DNA of 64,000 bases from Candidatus Zixiibacteriota bacterium (GCA_049694315.1 JBAVQU010000061.1:38796-102795); one strand, 5' to 3'. Shown: positions 1 through 9,831, counted from the first letter of the stretch. A program made the numbers and translations. The notes: generated by a model from the letters alone, not told the origin.

Positions 1-551
1 AGATAATCTTTACTGGAATATGTGGAGGGATCGATTCCTCCAATCATATCGGTGATATTGTCATTCCAGATAGCTGGGCAACCCACGATTATGGCTACTA
101 CGGGAAGGAAGGGTTTTCGCCGGACTCGATACCTGTGATCCTAGCCGAAAAGAAGAATCAGACTCCTGTCTTGTTCTTCCGCGTAGATCAGGGTCTTCTG
201 GAAATAGCGAAGAAAGTCGGGCACCTTCTTTCGCTGAAGTCTGTTGGTCGCCGGCTCGCTAAGGTCAAGGTTGGAGGTCAAGGAGTAAGCGGGAATTCGT
301 TCATCGACCAAAAAGAGAAAAGAGAGTACTTAAAGAAGGAATTCGATGCTCAGATCGTGGACATGGAGTCTGCGGCCGTGGTGCAGGTGGCAAACATCAA
401 TGGGACTCCGGTGTTGGTAGTGAGGAGCTGTTCCGATTTGGCCGGTGGATCGGGCTCTGCGACCGCTTCTGAGGAAATAAAAGGGTTCTTCAAAGTAGCT
501 GCAGATAATTCTGCCAGTTTCGTTTTAGAGCTTCTGAAACAACTGCCCTGA
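1..551 (+). CDS. mtnN: 5'-methylthioadenosine/S-adenosylhomocysteine nucleosidase-like protein (PNP/UDP phosphorylase family), 5'-truncated at the window edge
   Basis: The reading frame is open from base 3 up to the annotated ATG at 135. It carries a 'DMESAAVVQVA...PVLVVRSCSDLAG' motif typical of MTA/SAH nucleosidases. The assignment is by motif only. Confidence 0.5.
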   Translation, partial: IIFTGICGGIDSSNHIGDIVIPDSWATHDYGYYGKEGFSPDSIPVILAEKKNQTPVLFFRVDQGLLEIAKKVGHLLSLKSVGRRLAKVKVGGQGVSGNSFIDQKEKREYLKKEFDAQIVDMESAAVVQVANINGTPVLVVRSCSDLAGGSGSATASEEIKGFFKVAADNSASFVLELLKQLP

Positions 552-623
552 TGATTCTTTTGTGAATAGAACTGATAGGCGCACCCTTTAGGGAGTGTTA
601 GAAACTTCATTTGACAATCGTAG

Positions 624-644
624 GGACAGGGCTTGTCCCTGTCC
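624..644. other. GC-rich hairpin between convergent genes: 8-bp stem GGACAGGG/CCCTGTCC with a 5-nt loop
   Basis: The inverted repeat is read directly from the sequence. There is no clean U-tract on either strand. A second 7-bp hairpin (GACAGCC/GGCTGTC) lies at 659-677. Confidence 0.3.
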
Positions 645-852
645 TAAATCAAAAAGAAGACAGCCACAAGGGCTGTCCGTACGCAGACTCTTTCTTTCCA
701 ATCAAATTCCTTGAAGCACTTTTTCGACAGAACAGTCATCATTGTGCTCTGGCTGGATGCTGTCGTCCGGTCGAAAACAAGCGGATGATAACATCCTCCT
801 CGGAGCAGTTTATGGTCAAGCTGAAGCTTGACACTTCAGTTAGGTCTTTTGA

Positions 853-1866
853 TTAGAATTCAAATCCTAAAGAAAACCGATGCACGCTGGAGAGGCGGGA
901 AAAATCTGCCCAAGCATAGCTGATGTCCAGCTTGGTATTCTTACCCGCTTTGATCTTCATGCCGCCGCCCAGGGTCAACCCCTCCTCTTCGTAATTCAGT
1001 TTGTACCCGGCCCTTAAGGAAAACATTTCTTTCCAGACATACTCTCCGCCGAAGCTTGCCTGCTGAACGTTATCGTTAGGATGTTTTGCCTCCATGGAAA
1101 CGGTGAATTTCGATTCAGGCGAATCGACCAGATCATAGGCCATCCCCAATCTAAAGGTCAAGGGCAGATCATACTGGTCCACGGCCAGCTTGGCATTGAC
1201 CTTGTCATAGCTGGAATTACCGGGTTGTGGATTGTAGGAGGCATCCAGTTCCGGACCATCCAGCTTCATCTCCGGCCCCAGATTGGAGATGTTCATCCCC
1301 ATTCTTAGGCTTCTGAATCCGGTATAGAACAGAGTGCCGAAATCAAAGGCAAATCCGGAAGCTCTCTCCTCGGATATCCGCTCCGAGACGTACTTGCCGG
1401 CAATTCCCGCGGAGAATCTGTCGGTCATTTTTCGGGCATATCCCACGCTTAAGGCATAGGAGGAGGCAGTAAAAGTTTCTCCGGTTCCCTCCGGTTCCTC
1501 CACCGTGGTCACCTCCATACTGCCCATGGTCAGGGCGGTGAGACTCACTCCGACGGCGCTGTATTCGTCCAGGGCCTTCGCAAAGCTAACATGATTGAGT
1601 TGAACGTCTGTCACCCAGTTCACATTGGTGAGTGACAGGCTGGAGGAGGAGATTTCGGTCAGGGCGGCCGGGTTCCAGTACATGGCATAGGCATCGTTGA
1701 CGCAGGCCACCGAAGCTTCTCCCATGGCTTCGTATCGTGCTCCCATTCCGATCTTGAGAAATTGGGCTCCGATCGTACCCACTCTTGAGAAATCTCCGGA
1801 GTAGGCCAAGCTCGCCACACTCAGCATCAACAGAATGGCGATTACAATTACCGTTTTCCTTCTCAT
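853..1866 (-). CDS. FadL/PorV-like outer-membrane beta-barrel protein (paralog P1), downstream partner of T9SS cargo 1
   Basis: It has a signal peptide. Its N-terminal 'GAQFLKIGMGARYEAMGEASVA..NDAYAMYWNPAAL' motif matches the FadL/OMPP1 N-terminal signature 'G.GRA.SGEGA.ADDA....NPA'. It ends 'SLGFEF', a C-terminal aromatic typical of OM barrels. An AAGGAG Shine-Dalgarno (SD) site lies 7 nt upstream of the ATG. Confidence 0.6.
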   Translation of the reverse strand: MRRKTVIVIAILLMLSVASLAYSGDFSRVGTIGAQFLKIGMGARYEAMGEASVACVNDAYAMYWNPAALTEISSSSLSLTNVNWVTDVQLNHVSFAKALDEYSAVGVSLTALTMGSMEVTTVEEPEGTGETFTASSYALSVGYARKMTDRFSAGIAGKYVSERISEERASGFAFDFGTLFYTGFRSLRMGMNISNLGPEMKLDGPELDASYNPQPGNSSYDKVNAKLAVDQYDLPLTFRLGMAYDLVDSPESKFTVSMEAKHPNDNVQQASFGGEYVWKEMFSLRAGYKLNYEEEGLTLGGGMKIKAGKNTKLDISYAWADFSRLSSVHRFSLGFEF

Positions 1867-2119
1867 GTTTCCGCTCCTTCTTTTGCAATTGAGCCACCAG
1901 CTTTTTTTCTGCGTGATGACTAGGTCCTGGCACGTTCTATGTCGTCAGGAGCACGGCTCCCGACGCAACTGCTAAAAGCCGAGTTCGTTGAATTCTGCTT
2001 TCTTCCCCCTCACCCTCCCCTCTCCCACCAGGGGAGAGAGTATAATAGTAAACACATCTCCAATGGTTCATCCGTCGAAGATGGTGAGCGGAGTCGAACC
2101 ATTAAGTCCGTTGACTGGC

Positions 2120-4774
2120 CTATTTTATCACCGCGAATTTCCCCAGCTTCTCGCCATATTTTGACTCCACGTGGTAGAAATAGACACCGGGCACGATCCC
2201 CATTTGGTCCTTGTTTAACATGTCCCAGTCTTCGGTGCCGGTTCCGTTTGCATGCTCGATCGCCTTCACCAAATCCCCGGCCAGAGTGTAGACGCGGATG
2301 GTGCATTCATTCGGGAGATGGGTGAATTGGATCTTTCTTATCCCCTCTTTGTTTTCCCAAAGCGCATGAGCGAGGTAAGGGTTGGGAACGACTTTGATTT
2401 TTGACAAATCATTCCTGGCCGATTGAGCGTCAATTCCTCCGGCATTGAAGACGAACTCATCATTGGAGGAATTGAGTGGGGCACCTACGATTCGGAATAC
2501 GTCTCCCACGCTATAGTTTGTATCTGCGGTGCCGAATCGGAAAAACCAGACATGATCGTCAGGCCAAGCTTCTGGATGCGGCTGACCATCATAAGACACA
2601 TCGACGATGTCGATGTATTCCTTATTTCCGGGTGTCCACACGCCGTTGCTGTCTCTATCATAGATCTCCGCCAAAACCTGCACGTCTTGGCTGGTGTTCC
2701 AAACTTCGAAAGGCACGTGCACCGGGGTGACGTCATCAAAGAAACTATAGGCCTGCGACCCCTGCGCAGTGAACCTCAGCTCATAGGTGGAGCGGAAATG
2801 AACGTCCCCTCCCAAAGACCATCCCCAGGTTTCGCCAGTAGTTCCGTAAAAGTACCCCATGTGCAGAGTGTTTTCCTCGGCATCGGCAAATCCGGTCTGG
2901 CCATACGAGCGGGGAACTTTCTCTCCATTGGTCACGATCACCTGCATTCCATCAACCACGGGATAACTCTCCTGGTCTCCGGACTGCTTGGTTTGATCCT
3001 TCAGAACAGTATCGCCGGTGGCCGTGTCGACCACATGCCAGTAAGTGACCAGTGGATCTTCGGTAAAGACAACTTTATATTCATGTCCGGTTAAGGCACC
3101 TTGATCGAACACGACGGGTGTGACCGCGCCATCACTTCTTTCCTCAGGTCCATGGTAATTGTGCTTGACTGAGGCGCTGGCTGGGTAATATCCCGCCGGA
3201 TCGGTACGGGGATAGGCAAAAGCACAATTGATGTCCTCTCCCGGTCGACCGAAAGCAGTCTGTAAAGGACCTATGGGTACGTTGGTGTCACCCTCATCGA
3301 AGGAGACCACAGAATACCAGTATTCGATCCCGTTGATCAGACTGCTATCCACATGGGTATGCGGAAGAACGTCGCCCGCATTCTCTTTCTGGTACATGGC
3401 AATGGGGACATAGTCCGGACCCAGACTTCCATCCGGATTCCTGACCAGATCTCCCCAGGTTTGTCCCATGTCGGTGCTTTTGTAAATCTTATATCCCTTG
3501 AAATCCTTTTTTCCGCTTAACGGATCAATCGAGGATTCGGAGCTATGGTCCCAGGTGAGCTTCACCTTCCGGTAACTTGGCGTGGTCGCTATTCTGGCTG
3601 GCTTGGGAGGCTCCGGACCGATGAAATGGTTGTTGTATACGGTTTGAGCTATCGCCGCATTGTTCTTCAGCTCTTTCTCGGTCTGTCCGGCCACTAAGGC
3701 AAAAACTATGCGGATGGTTTTGCCTGAGGTCAAGTTGATTCCTCTGGTGCACTGGATATATATCTGATCTCGTGGGATAGAGGAAACCTCGAAAGTGTCA
3801 CTGGCGATGAGGCTGTATTTGCCGGCATCGCTGGTGGGAAGTACGTCCCACTGCTGGTTGCGGAAAGCGGTCATTCCGATGTTGTCAGGAGTCTCAATAT
3901 ACTTCGTTCCCATCATTCCGGTCTTCACCAGTGGACCCCAGCCGGGATCGTACCCATCCTGGTCGTAGGTCCAAGCCAGGTTCATGGACGAGTCGAAAGC
4001 GACCAGATCACCCAATCTGCCGTTTTCGTGAGCAACCGGATCATAACCGCCGACATCGAAATCGCTGTAGAGACCGAACGCGAAATCGGAATAGTTGTTC
4101 GGCGAAGCATTTTTGATCTCCAAGACCACAAAAAGATAGTCCTGATTGTAGCTGTAATTCCACTGGTAGATGGTCTGAGTCATCTCCAGTCCCAGCTTAG
4201 ACACGCCGCTGTTGGCGTCGCAGAATCGATAGTGGCTTTCTTGAAGCGAGATCGGGCCCGCCTCCACCAGGCCGGAGGATATGGTCCAGACCCGGTTGTA
4301 CACCCACTGTCCGGCTTCTGGACTCCATACTTTCCATCCGTGTGCCGGCTTACCGATTCCCGATCCCACGGTATCGGTTCGATCGTAATCATAAGATGAA
4401 CTGTCTGTGGACAGGTGAATTCGGTAGCTTTCGTTTCCGTTGATGATTGACGGAAGAGGCATGAAGTCGTTATCACTGGTGGCTACCGCCGTATCTCCGT
4501 TCGGCTTCACCGCTCCCATCCAATATTTGATCTCGGCCAGATAGTTGTGTCCTGAGCCTTTGGGCCACTCGCCGGAGGGTTTTCCCAGGTCGCTTTGTCC
4601 TCCAATCTGTCCCCAGTTCTGAACAGTGGTAACGATGTTCCCCTTGTTTTGGATGATCTGATCCTGCATGGGAGACGGAGGAACAAGAATTTCCTGGTTT
4701 TTTGAGCTGGCCTTCCCTCCATAATAGAGGAAGAAAAAGACAGCCACAAAAGAGACGATTGTTTTCTGGTTCAT
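2120..4774 (-). CDS. Large secreted protein of unknown function with an FN3-like segment and a C-terminal T9SS type-A sorting domain (cargo 1)
   Basis: The start was moved to the internal ATG at 4774, which has a GGGAGG SD 7 nt upstream and a signal peptide 'MNQKTIVSFVAVFFFLYYGG'. The C-terminus 'KIKVVPNPY...FTHLPNECTIRVYTLAGDLV...GVYFYHVESKYGEKLGKFAVIK' matches the Por_Secre_tail/type-A CTD pattern. No catalytic motif was recognised. Confidence 0.7.
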   Translation of the reverse strand: MNQKTIVSFVAVFFFLYYGGKASSKNQEILVPPSPMQDQIIQNKGNIVTTVQNWGQIGGQSDLGKPSGEWPKGSGHNYLAEIKYWMGAVKPNGDTAVATSDNDFMPLPSIINGNESYRIHLSTDSSSYDYDRTDTVGSGIGKPAHGWKVWSPEAGQWVYNRVWTISSGLVEAGPISLQESHYRFCDANSGVSKLGLEMTQTIYQWNYSYNQDYLFVVLEIKNASPNNYSDFAFGLYSDFDVGGYDPVAHENGRLGDLVAFDSSMNLAWTYDQDGYDPGWGPLVKTGMMGTKYIETPDNIGMTAFRNQQWDVLPTSDAGKYSLIASDTFEVSSIPRDQIYIQCTRGINLTSGKTIRIVFALVAGQTEKELKNNAAIAQTVYNNHFIGPEPPKPARIATTPSYRKVKLTWDHSSESSIDPLSGKKDFKGYKIYKSTDMGQTWGDLVRNPDGSLGPDYVPIAMYQKENAGDVLPHTHVDSSLINGIEYWYSVVSFDEGDTNVPIGPLQTAFGRPGEDINCAFAYPRTDPAGYYPASASVKHNYHGPEERSDGAVTPVVFDQGALTGHEYKVVFTEDPLVTYWHVVDTATGDTVLKDQTKQSGDQESYPVVDGMQVIVTNGEKVPRSYGQTGFADAEENTLHMGYFYGTTGETWGWSLGGDVHFRSTYELRFTAQGSQAYSFFDDVTPVHVPFEVWNTSQDVQVLAEIYDRDSNGVWTPGNKEYIDIVDVSYDGQPHPEAWPDDHVWFFRFGTADTNYSVGDVFRIVGAPLNSSNDEFVFNAGGIDAQSARNDLSKIKVVPNPYLAHALWENKEGIRKIQFTHLPNECTIRVYTLAGDLVKAIEHANGTGTEDWDMLNKDQMGIVPGVYFYHVESKYGEKLGKFAVIK

Positions 4775-4793
4775 GTAACTACCTCCCTCATGG

Positions 4794-7493
4794 TTAGAAG
4801 ATAAACTCAATCCCCCAGCGGACCGTTCGGGGGACGTCGTAGTTTCCCGGGTCCTTGGCCAAAAGGCGATGATAGCGGTTCACGTCCTCAGCCGTCAACG
4901 GTCCATCTCCGTCAGGATCGGCGGTCAGTTCATAATGATAGCCGTCATCATCTGGCTTTCCGGTGTTGGAATAGACGTGCAGCACGTTTCTTCGGTCGAA
5001 GAGGTTTTCCACTTCGGTGAAGAGCGAAAAGTGCGCATCTTGTGATTTGAACAGGTACAAGTCCTTGTTGAACTTCAAATCCACCTGATAGGTAGCAGGC
5101 ATCCTGCCCTCATTCAAAGCTCCCAAGCGGTGTCCTTGATCGTCCGTCTTGGTGTAAGGCATGCCGCTCCCATACTTGGTCAGCACATCCAGTCCCCATG
5201 CTCCGGGCAGGGTCAGGCCCGCCAGCTTTCGTCCCCAGTCCCTGGGAACCCGGTAGTCTAAGTCTACCGTCAGAGTGTGGCGTTGGTCGAAGTCCAGAGG
5301 ATATTCCCTCACCGGCCAAACCGGGGCACTGGTGCCTTGGGTGAAGTAGTCGTAGTAACCCTCATAGGCCGAGGAGGCATTGCCTTTTGCTATCATGTAT
5401 GAGTAGTTGATCGTGCCGGAGAGGTTGCTGTGGTTGGGTCTTCGGGTGAGGATAACGTCCAATCCCTTTACCGTCCCGTAATCGGCATTGGTGAACTGGG
5501 TATAGGAGCCTCCGGCATAGACCACCTCGCGGGTGGAGGCCAGGTTGTTCAGGTCTTTGTAATAGGTGGTGACCTTCATGGTGATGTCATCGCTCAAGGC
5601 ATGGTTCACGCCTAGCTCGTAGGCTACACTCTTTTCCGCCTTCATGTCCGGGTTTCCCAGAAGAGGAAAACCGGTGGACAGGTCGGCCTGAAGATTGGTG
5701 AACATGTCCTGATAGGGCGGAACCTGGAAATAGTAGCCATAGCTGAAATGTATCACCGTCCGGTCGGAGATGGGATGGGAGACGCCCAGACGCGGGCTTA
5801 GCTGAGTTTTTGCCCTGGTGTGAACCATTCGATCCTTGGTCACCGGATTGCTCCAGTAATCGATGTCTGCGTTCACGTAGTCCAAACGAAGACCTGCGTT
5901 CACGATTATGTCCTTCAGCTCAAGTTTATCCTGCAGATACACGGCGCCGTAATCGGGATTGACCTGGTACTTTTCTCCGTAAGGCTGGGCATTGAAAAAC
6001 TGTTTGTCGTCCCATCGCAATTGATTGGCCCGGTACTCTCCTCCAAGTTTGACCTGGTTATGCTTGTCCATCTGGCTCATCACGTCGAACCCCAGACTGG
6101 TGTAACTAGTGCTCTGATAATGATAGGCCGGATAGAAATCGGGAGCAGCGGTGAAACCGGTGTAAAAATACTGCTCCGCCGGGTTATAGTTGTCGTCATC
6201 AATTGTGCCGATGTATACTCCGTTGGAGTCTTCCTGATACCCGGGCCATTGATTCCAATAGAGGTTGAAGAGATGCTCTGGAGCCTGCTTAGTCTCGGTA
6301 TGGAAATGGTTAACCTTTATGGAGTAGAAGGTATGGTTGGATGAGGGACAGGTGAGTTTCGCCCCCAAACTGTACGACTGATTGCGAACTTTTCCCAATC
6401 CGTTCAAATTGAAATCATAGGAGATGTTGTTGACGTCTCTGTGCACATATCTCAACAGGTCCCTTTCGTAGTAATTGCCGTTCAATACCAGCTTGAGGTT
6501 GCCGGCAGGTTGTAGGTTTATCTTTCCCGTTCCGGTGGAGATGTCTTTCCGGTTATGCGGAAGATAATCGTCATTCCAGATCTTCTCTCCGGAGAAGAAA
6601 AAGGTGGCCTTGTCGGTCTGCTTGAGGGTCAAGGGACCGCCCAAGTTGACAACCAGGGAGTTGTTGTCGTTTCTCTGGAGTCTCCCAAATTCGCCGGTGT
6701 TCACCTGGTAGGTGCGAGCCAATCCGTCGTAAGCCTTGATTTTTCCGGAAAAGACCGGACCTCCTTCCCGGGTGATCGCGTTGACCACGCCGGAGAGGGC
6801 CTCGCCGTACTCCGCCGTGAAACCTCCGGTACTGACGTCCAACTCCTCAAGGGCATCGGGGGAAACTCTGGTCCCCGGCAGCCCCACCAGCTGATCCTGA
6901 ATGCAAATGTCGTCCAAGAAATAGCTCACCGTGGCCTCACGTCCCCCGCGAACGTGGAGGTAGCCACGATCGTCTACCACCGTACCCGCCAGGTTGGATA
7001 TGACCGGCTGTATTCCGACCGAATTGGGAAGGTTGTCCAGCTGTTCCCTGATCACCATGTCGGTGGAGGAAGTCAGGTCCTTCTGGATCAGTGGACGGGA
7101 AGCTATCACCGTCACCCCTTTTTTCAGTTCAATCGGGGCCGATTTCAACTGAAAATCAAGGGGAGTGGTGAGATCCAGAAGCACGGTCACCTGAGTCTGG
7201 GTGACTGTCTGGTAGCCGATCAGCGAAGTCTCAACGGTATAGGTCCCCACCGGAACGTTCAGAAAAAAGTACTCCCCGTCCTCATCCGCAGAGCTTCCGA
7301 TACTAGTGCCTCTGATCATTATCGTCGCACCGGGCAACGGCTCCTTGGTCTCCGCATCTCGAATCACCCCGGCGATCTTTCCAGCCGTGCCCGCCAAGGT
7401 GACCTGATGAAAAATCAAGATAAAAAGACAGGCCAGCAAAACTGCTCTTAGGCCCAACCTGATCGTCCCCTTAGGATATGTCTTCGTGGTCAC
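4794..7493 (-). CDS. SusC/RagA-like TonB-dependent outer-membrane transporter with an N-terminal carboxypeptidase-regulatory-like domain, plug and 22-strand barrel
   Basis: The N-terminus 'GKIAGVIRDAETKEPLPGATIMIRGTSIGSSADEDGEYFFLNVPVGTYTVETSLIGYQ' is a CarbopepD_reg-like domain. It is followed by a TonB-box/plug region and ends '...RWGIEFIF' with a terminal aromatic. It starts on GTG with an AAGGAGG SD. It sits 19 nt upstream of cargo 1. Confidence 0.8.
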   Translation of the reverse strand: MTTKTYPKGTIRLGLRAVLLACLFILIFHQVTLAGTAGKIAGVIRDAETKEPLPGATIMIRGTSIGSSADEDGEYFFLNVPVGTYTVETSLIGYQTVTQTQVTVLLDLTTPLDFQLKSAPIELKKGVTVIASRPLIQKDLTSSTDMVIREQLDNLPNSVGIQPVISNLAGTVVDDRGYLHVRGGREATVSYFLDDICIQDQLVGLPGTRVSPDALEELDVSTGGFTAEYGEALSGVVNAITREGGPVFSGKIKAYDGLARTYQVNTGEFGRLQRNDNNSLVVNLGGPLTLKQTDKATFFFSGEKIWNDDYLPHNRKDISTGTGKINLQPAGNLKLVLNGNYYERDLLRYVHRDVNNISYDFNLNGLGKVRNQSYSLGAKLTCPSSNHTFYSIKVNHFHTETKQAPEHLFNLYWNQWPGYQEDSNGVYIGTIDDDNYNPAEQYFYTGFTAAPDFYPAYHYQSTSYTSLGFDVMSQMDKHNQVKLGGEYRANQLRWDDKQFFNAQPYGEKYQVNPDYGAVYLQDKLELKDIIVNAGLRLDYVNADIDYWSNPVTKDRMVHTRAKTQLSPRLGVSHPISDRTVIHFSYGYYFQVPPYQDMFTNLQADLSTGFPLLGNPDMKAEKSVAYELGVNHALSDDITMKVTTYYKDLNNLASTREVVYAGGSYTQFTNADYGTVKGLDVILTRRPNHSNLSGTINYSYMIAKGNASSAYEGYYDYFTQGTSAPVWPVREYPLDFDQRHTLTVDLDYRVPRDWGRKLAGLTLPGAWGLDVLTKYGSGMPYTKTDDQGHRLGALNEGRMPATYQVDLKFNKDLYLFKSQDAHFSLFTEVENLFDRRNVLHVYSNTGKPDDDGYHYELTADPDGDGPLTAEDVNRYHRLLAKDPGNYDVPRTVRWGIEFIF

Positions 7494-7739
7494 TTCTCAC
7501 CCCTCCTTTTTTGATAACGCCATGACTTGAGAACCTCTAAATCCCGTATAGTGGCCTCAGGATATACCTACAGAATCCGGGAGCTTCTGCATAGACACCC
7601 GGACTATTCATTTAGTCGACCTCCGCCGTCGGAACTTTAGCTGACAGATTCTGCCAGCCTGGGGCATAAACCCACGGGGCACTGACACGCCAGGTTACAA
7701 CTCATGCGCCCAATGCATAATGGCCTGACCATTGGCCCC

Positions 7740-9395
7740 TCACCGCACTGGCAGTCTGATTCTAAAGGTCGTTCCTACGTTTAGCTCGCTCTCCGCCTGT
7801 ATGGTTGCCCCATGGTGATCCATGATCTTTTTACAGATGGACAACCCCATGCCGTGACCGGTTTCCTTGGTAGTGAAACCCGCGTCGAAGATTTTGCTTA
7901 ATTCATCCTGGGACATCCCTTTGCCCATGTCCTTGACCCAAATCTCCACCACCTGGTCTGGGGAATGGTAGTCGGTCCCGATGGTTATTTTCCCTCCCTC
8001 ACCTCGCCTCTTTCCCATGGCATCTGCGGCATTGTTAAGAAGATTGTAAAGCACCTGCTGCATTTGACCGGCGTCTGCCACTAAGCGCGGAAGATGAGGT
8101 TTCAGCTCGGTCACAATGACGATGTTCTTGAATCTGCTTTGAGGTTTCACAAAAGCAACGGTCTTCTCGATCAGATCATTGACGTCACATTCCGTTTTCT
8201 CCGCCTTCAGAGAGGTGAAATCAAGTAGCCCTTCGGCAAACTTTCTTATCTTCTCCAGGCTGGCGGAAATGCTCTGAAGCTGCTTGTCCAAGGAACTGAC
8301 GTCTCCATGGCTTATCTTCATGCCCAGCATCTGGAAGTTGCCCATGATGACGGTCAGGTAGTTGTTGAGCTCATGTCCGATCTCTGCCGAGATTCTTCCC
8401 TGTGTGGCCATCTTCTCCAGACCGATTATCTGCTCCTGCAAGCTCTGCAGCTCCTTGTAGGATTTTTTTGTCTCTAAGAGCAAGGTAAGGTTTTCCAGAG
8501 AGATCGCGGTCTGGATCCCCAGTATGGTCAGAATCTTGATATCCTCCTCTGAAAGCTCTTGATCGCCGCCGGTTTTCCTCAAAGCCATGACTCCAGTGGT
8601 GGATTCTCCTTTCCTTAGGGGAATCAGGATTGCCTCTCCCTCGAGGTCCGGACCAGGTTGCATCGCCAGAGAGTCACCCAGGAGACTAACCAGCTGAGGA
8701 AACAAGACCTGCTCCTTCACCGTCCTGATCTCCGGAATCTCCTTCAGCCAACAGCCTTCTTGCATGGCTTCTGGGTCTGTCTTGGTGGTAGTCCAAACAA
8801 ACAGGTTCTGCTTAAGGTCTATGGCCTGAAAGCTCTGGATCTCCCCGGCTTTTTCATGCCAGTAGAGGATTATTCCGCTCTTCAAGCGGCTCTGAATCAA
8901 AGCGAACTCCAGCGACAACTTAAGCAGGCTCTTACTATCCCCGGCCGTATATAGGATTCGATTCAAATCAAATATCTGGGAAAGACCCTTTTTTCTGCCG
9001 TCCTCTATGCTCTGACTTCTCTTCTGGATGGCGCGGGTTACTGCATGCCTTATCTCCTGCAGATCAAAAGGCTTAAGGATGTAATCATAGGCTCCTTCCT
9101 GAATGGCTTTTTTTGCCGTATCTAAGCTGGCGAATCCGGTCATAAATATGGCGCCCATGGAAGGGTCCATTTGATGAGCAGCTTGAATCAGTTCCAGGCC
9201 GTCCATCTCCGGCATCTTGATGTCGGTCAAAATGAAATCGAATCTTTCCTGCCTCAACCTGTCCAGCGCCTCGGAAGCGCCGGAAGCGCCGGTGACTTGA
9301 TGCCCCTGACTGCGCAGAGCATCACAAGCCAGCTTCAGCATTATCTCCTCGTCATCCACCACCAGGATTCTGACCGATTCAGTTTTGGTCTGCAT
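7740..9395 (-). CDS. Hybrid two-component protein: N-terminal receiver (REC), a GAF-like middle domain, and a C-terminal HisKA/HATPase_c histidine kinase
   Basis: The REC domain reads 'ILVVDDEEIM...DIKMPEMDGLEL'. The H-box reads 'HELNNYLTVIMGN'. The ATPase G-box reads 'GHGMGLSICKKI'. Confidence 0.8.
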   Translation of the reverse strand: MQTKTESVRILVVDDEEIMLKLACDALRSQGHQVTGASGASEALDRLRQERFDFILTDIKMPEMDGLELIQAAHQMDPSMGAIFMTGFASLDTAKKAIQEGAYDYILKPFDLQEIRHAVTRAIQKRSQSIEDGRKKGLSQIFDLNRILYTAGDSKSLLKLSLEFALIQSRLKSGIILYWHEKAGEIQSFQAIDLKQNLFVWTTTKTDPEAMQEGCWLKEIPEIRTVKEQVLFPQLVSLLGDSLAMQPGPDLEGEAILIPLRKGESTTGVMALRKTGGDQELSEEDIKILTILGIQTAISLENLTLLLETKKSYKELQSLQEQIIGLEKMATQGRISAEIGHELNNYLTVIMGNFQMLGMKISHGDVSSLDKQLQSISASLEKIRKFAEGLLDFTSLKAEKTECDVNDLIEKTVAFVKPQSRFKNIVIVTELKPHLPRLVADAGQMQQVLYNLLNNAADAMGKRRGEGGKITIGTDYHSPDQVVEIWVKDMGKGMSQDELSKIFDAGFTTKETGHGMGLSICKKIMDHHGATIQAESELNVGTTFRIRLPVR

Positions 9396-9400
9396 TCAGC

Positions 9401-9769
9401 CTATTTCTCCTCGAGAACCGAGCTACCAACTTGGTCGATGATCTTTCTCAGTTCCTTCAAATCAAAAGGTTTGTGCATACAGGTTATGGCGCCTCTGCTC
9501 TGGGCTTGGGCCGCCAGCCGGTCGGGATAGCTGTCCATCATCGCCACTGGCATACCGGGATAAAGCTTGCGTATATTTATCAGAGCCTCCAGTCCGTTCA
9601 TGGCGGGCATGTGTACGTCCAGCAAGAGGAGTTCGAACGATCGCGTCTGAGCCTCCCTTAACGCTTCCCATCCGTTTTCAGCGACTGTGACCCGATGACC
9701 GTCGTTGGTCAGCACCTCGAAGAGCAGTTTGCGAATGATGGGGTCATCGTCTGCCACCAGAATGTCCAT
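9401..9769 (-). CDS. Single-domain CheY-like response regulator
   Basis: It is 122 aa with 'ILVADDDPIIR...LLLDVHMPAMNGLE...HKPF'. It lacks an output domain. Confidence 0.85.
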   Translation of the reverse strand: MDILVADDDPIIRKLLFEVLTNDGHRVTVAENGWEALREAQTRSFELLLLDVHMPAMNGLEALINIRKLYPGMPVAMMDSYPDRLAAQAQSRGAITCMHKPFDLKELRKIIDQVGSSVLEEK

Positions 9770-9831
9770 CGACTCCCCTCAGGCATTTTTCGAAAAGAAC
9801 AATAACTATGGTCTTCCGTCACCGCGTTTCT

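Noticed and set aside
655-668. The 12-mer AGACAGCCACAA recurs at about 4740 inside the cargo 1 signal-peptide coding region
   Set aside because: A single short coincidence with no flanking similarity. It is not evidence of a repeat element.
611-856. An 81-aa plus-strand ORF in the convergent gap
   Set aside because: It has no SD site, it has a low-complexity C/H-rich composition, and it overlaps the hairpin region. It is probably not coding.
2423-3094. A 223-aa plus-strand ORF, and several other antisense ORFs of 60-170 aa inside the large cargo, transporter and kinase genes
   Set aside because: Each lies entirely within and antisense to a long, well-supported CDS. They have no SD sites and their composition mirrors the sense strand. 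They are typical shadow ORFs.
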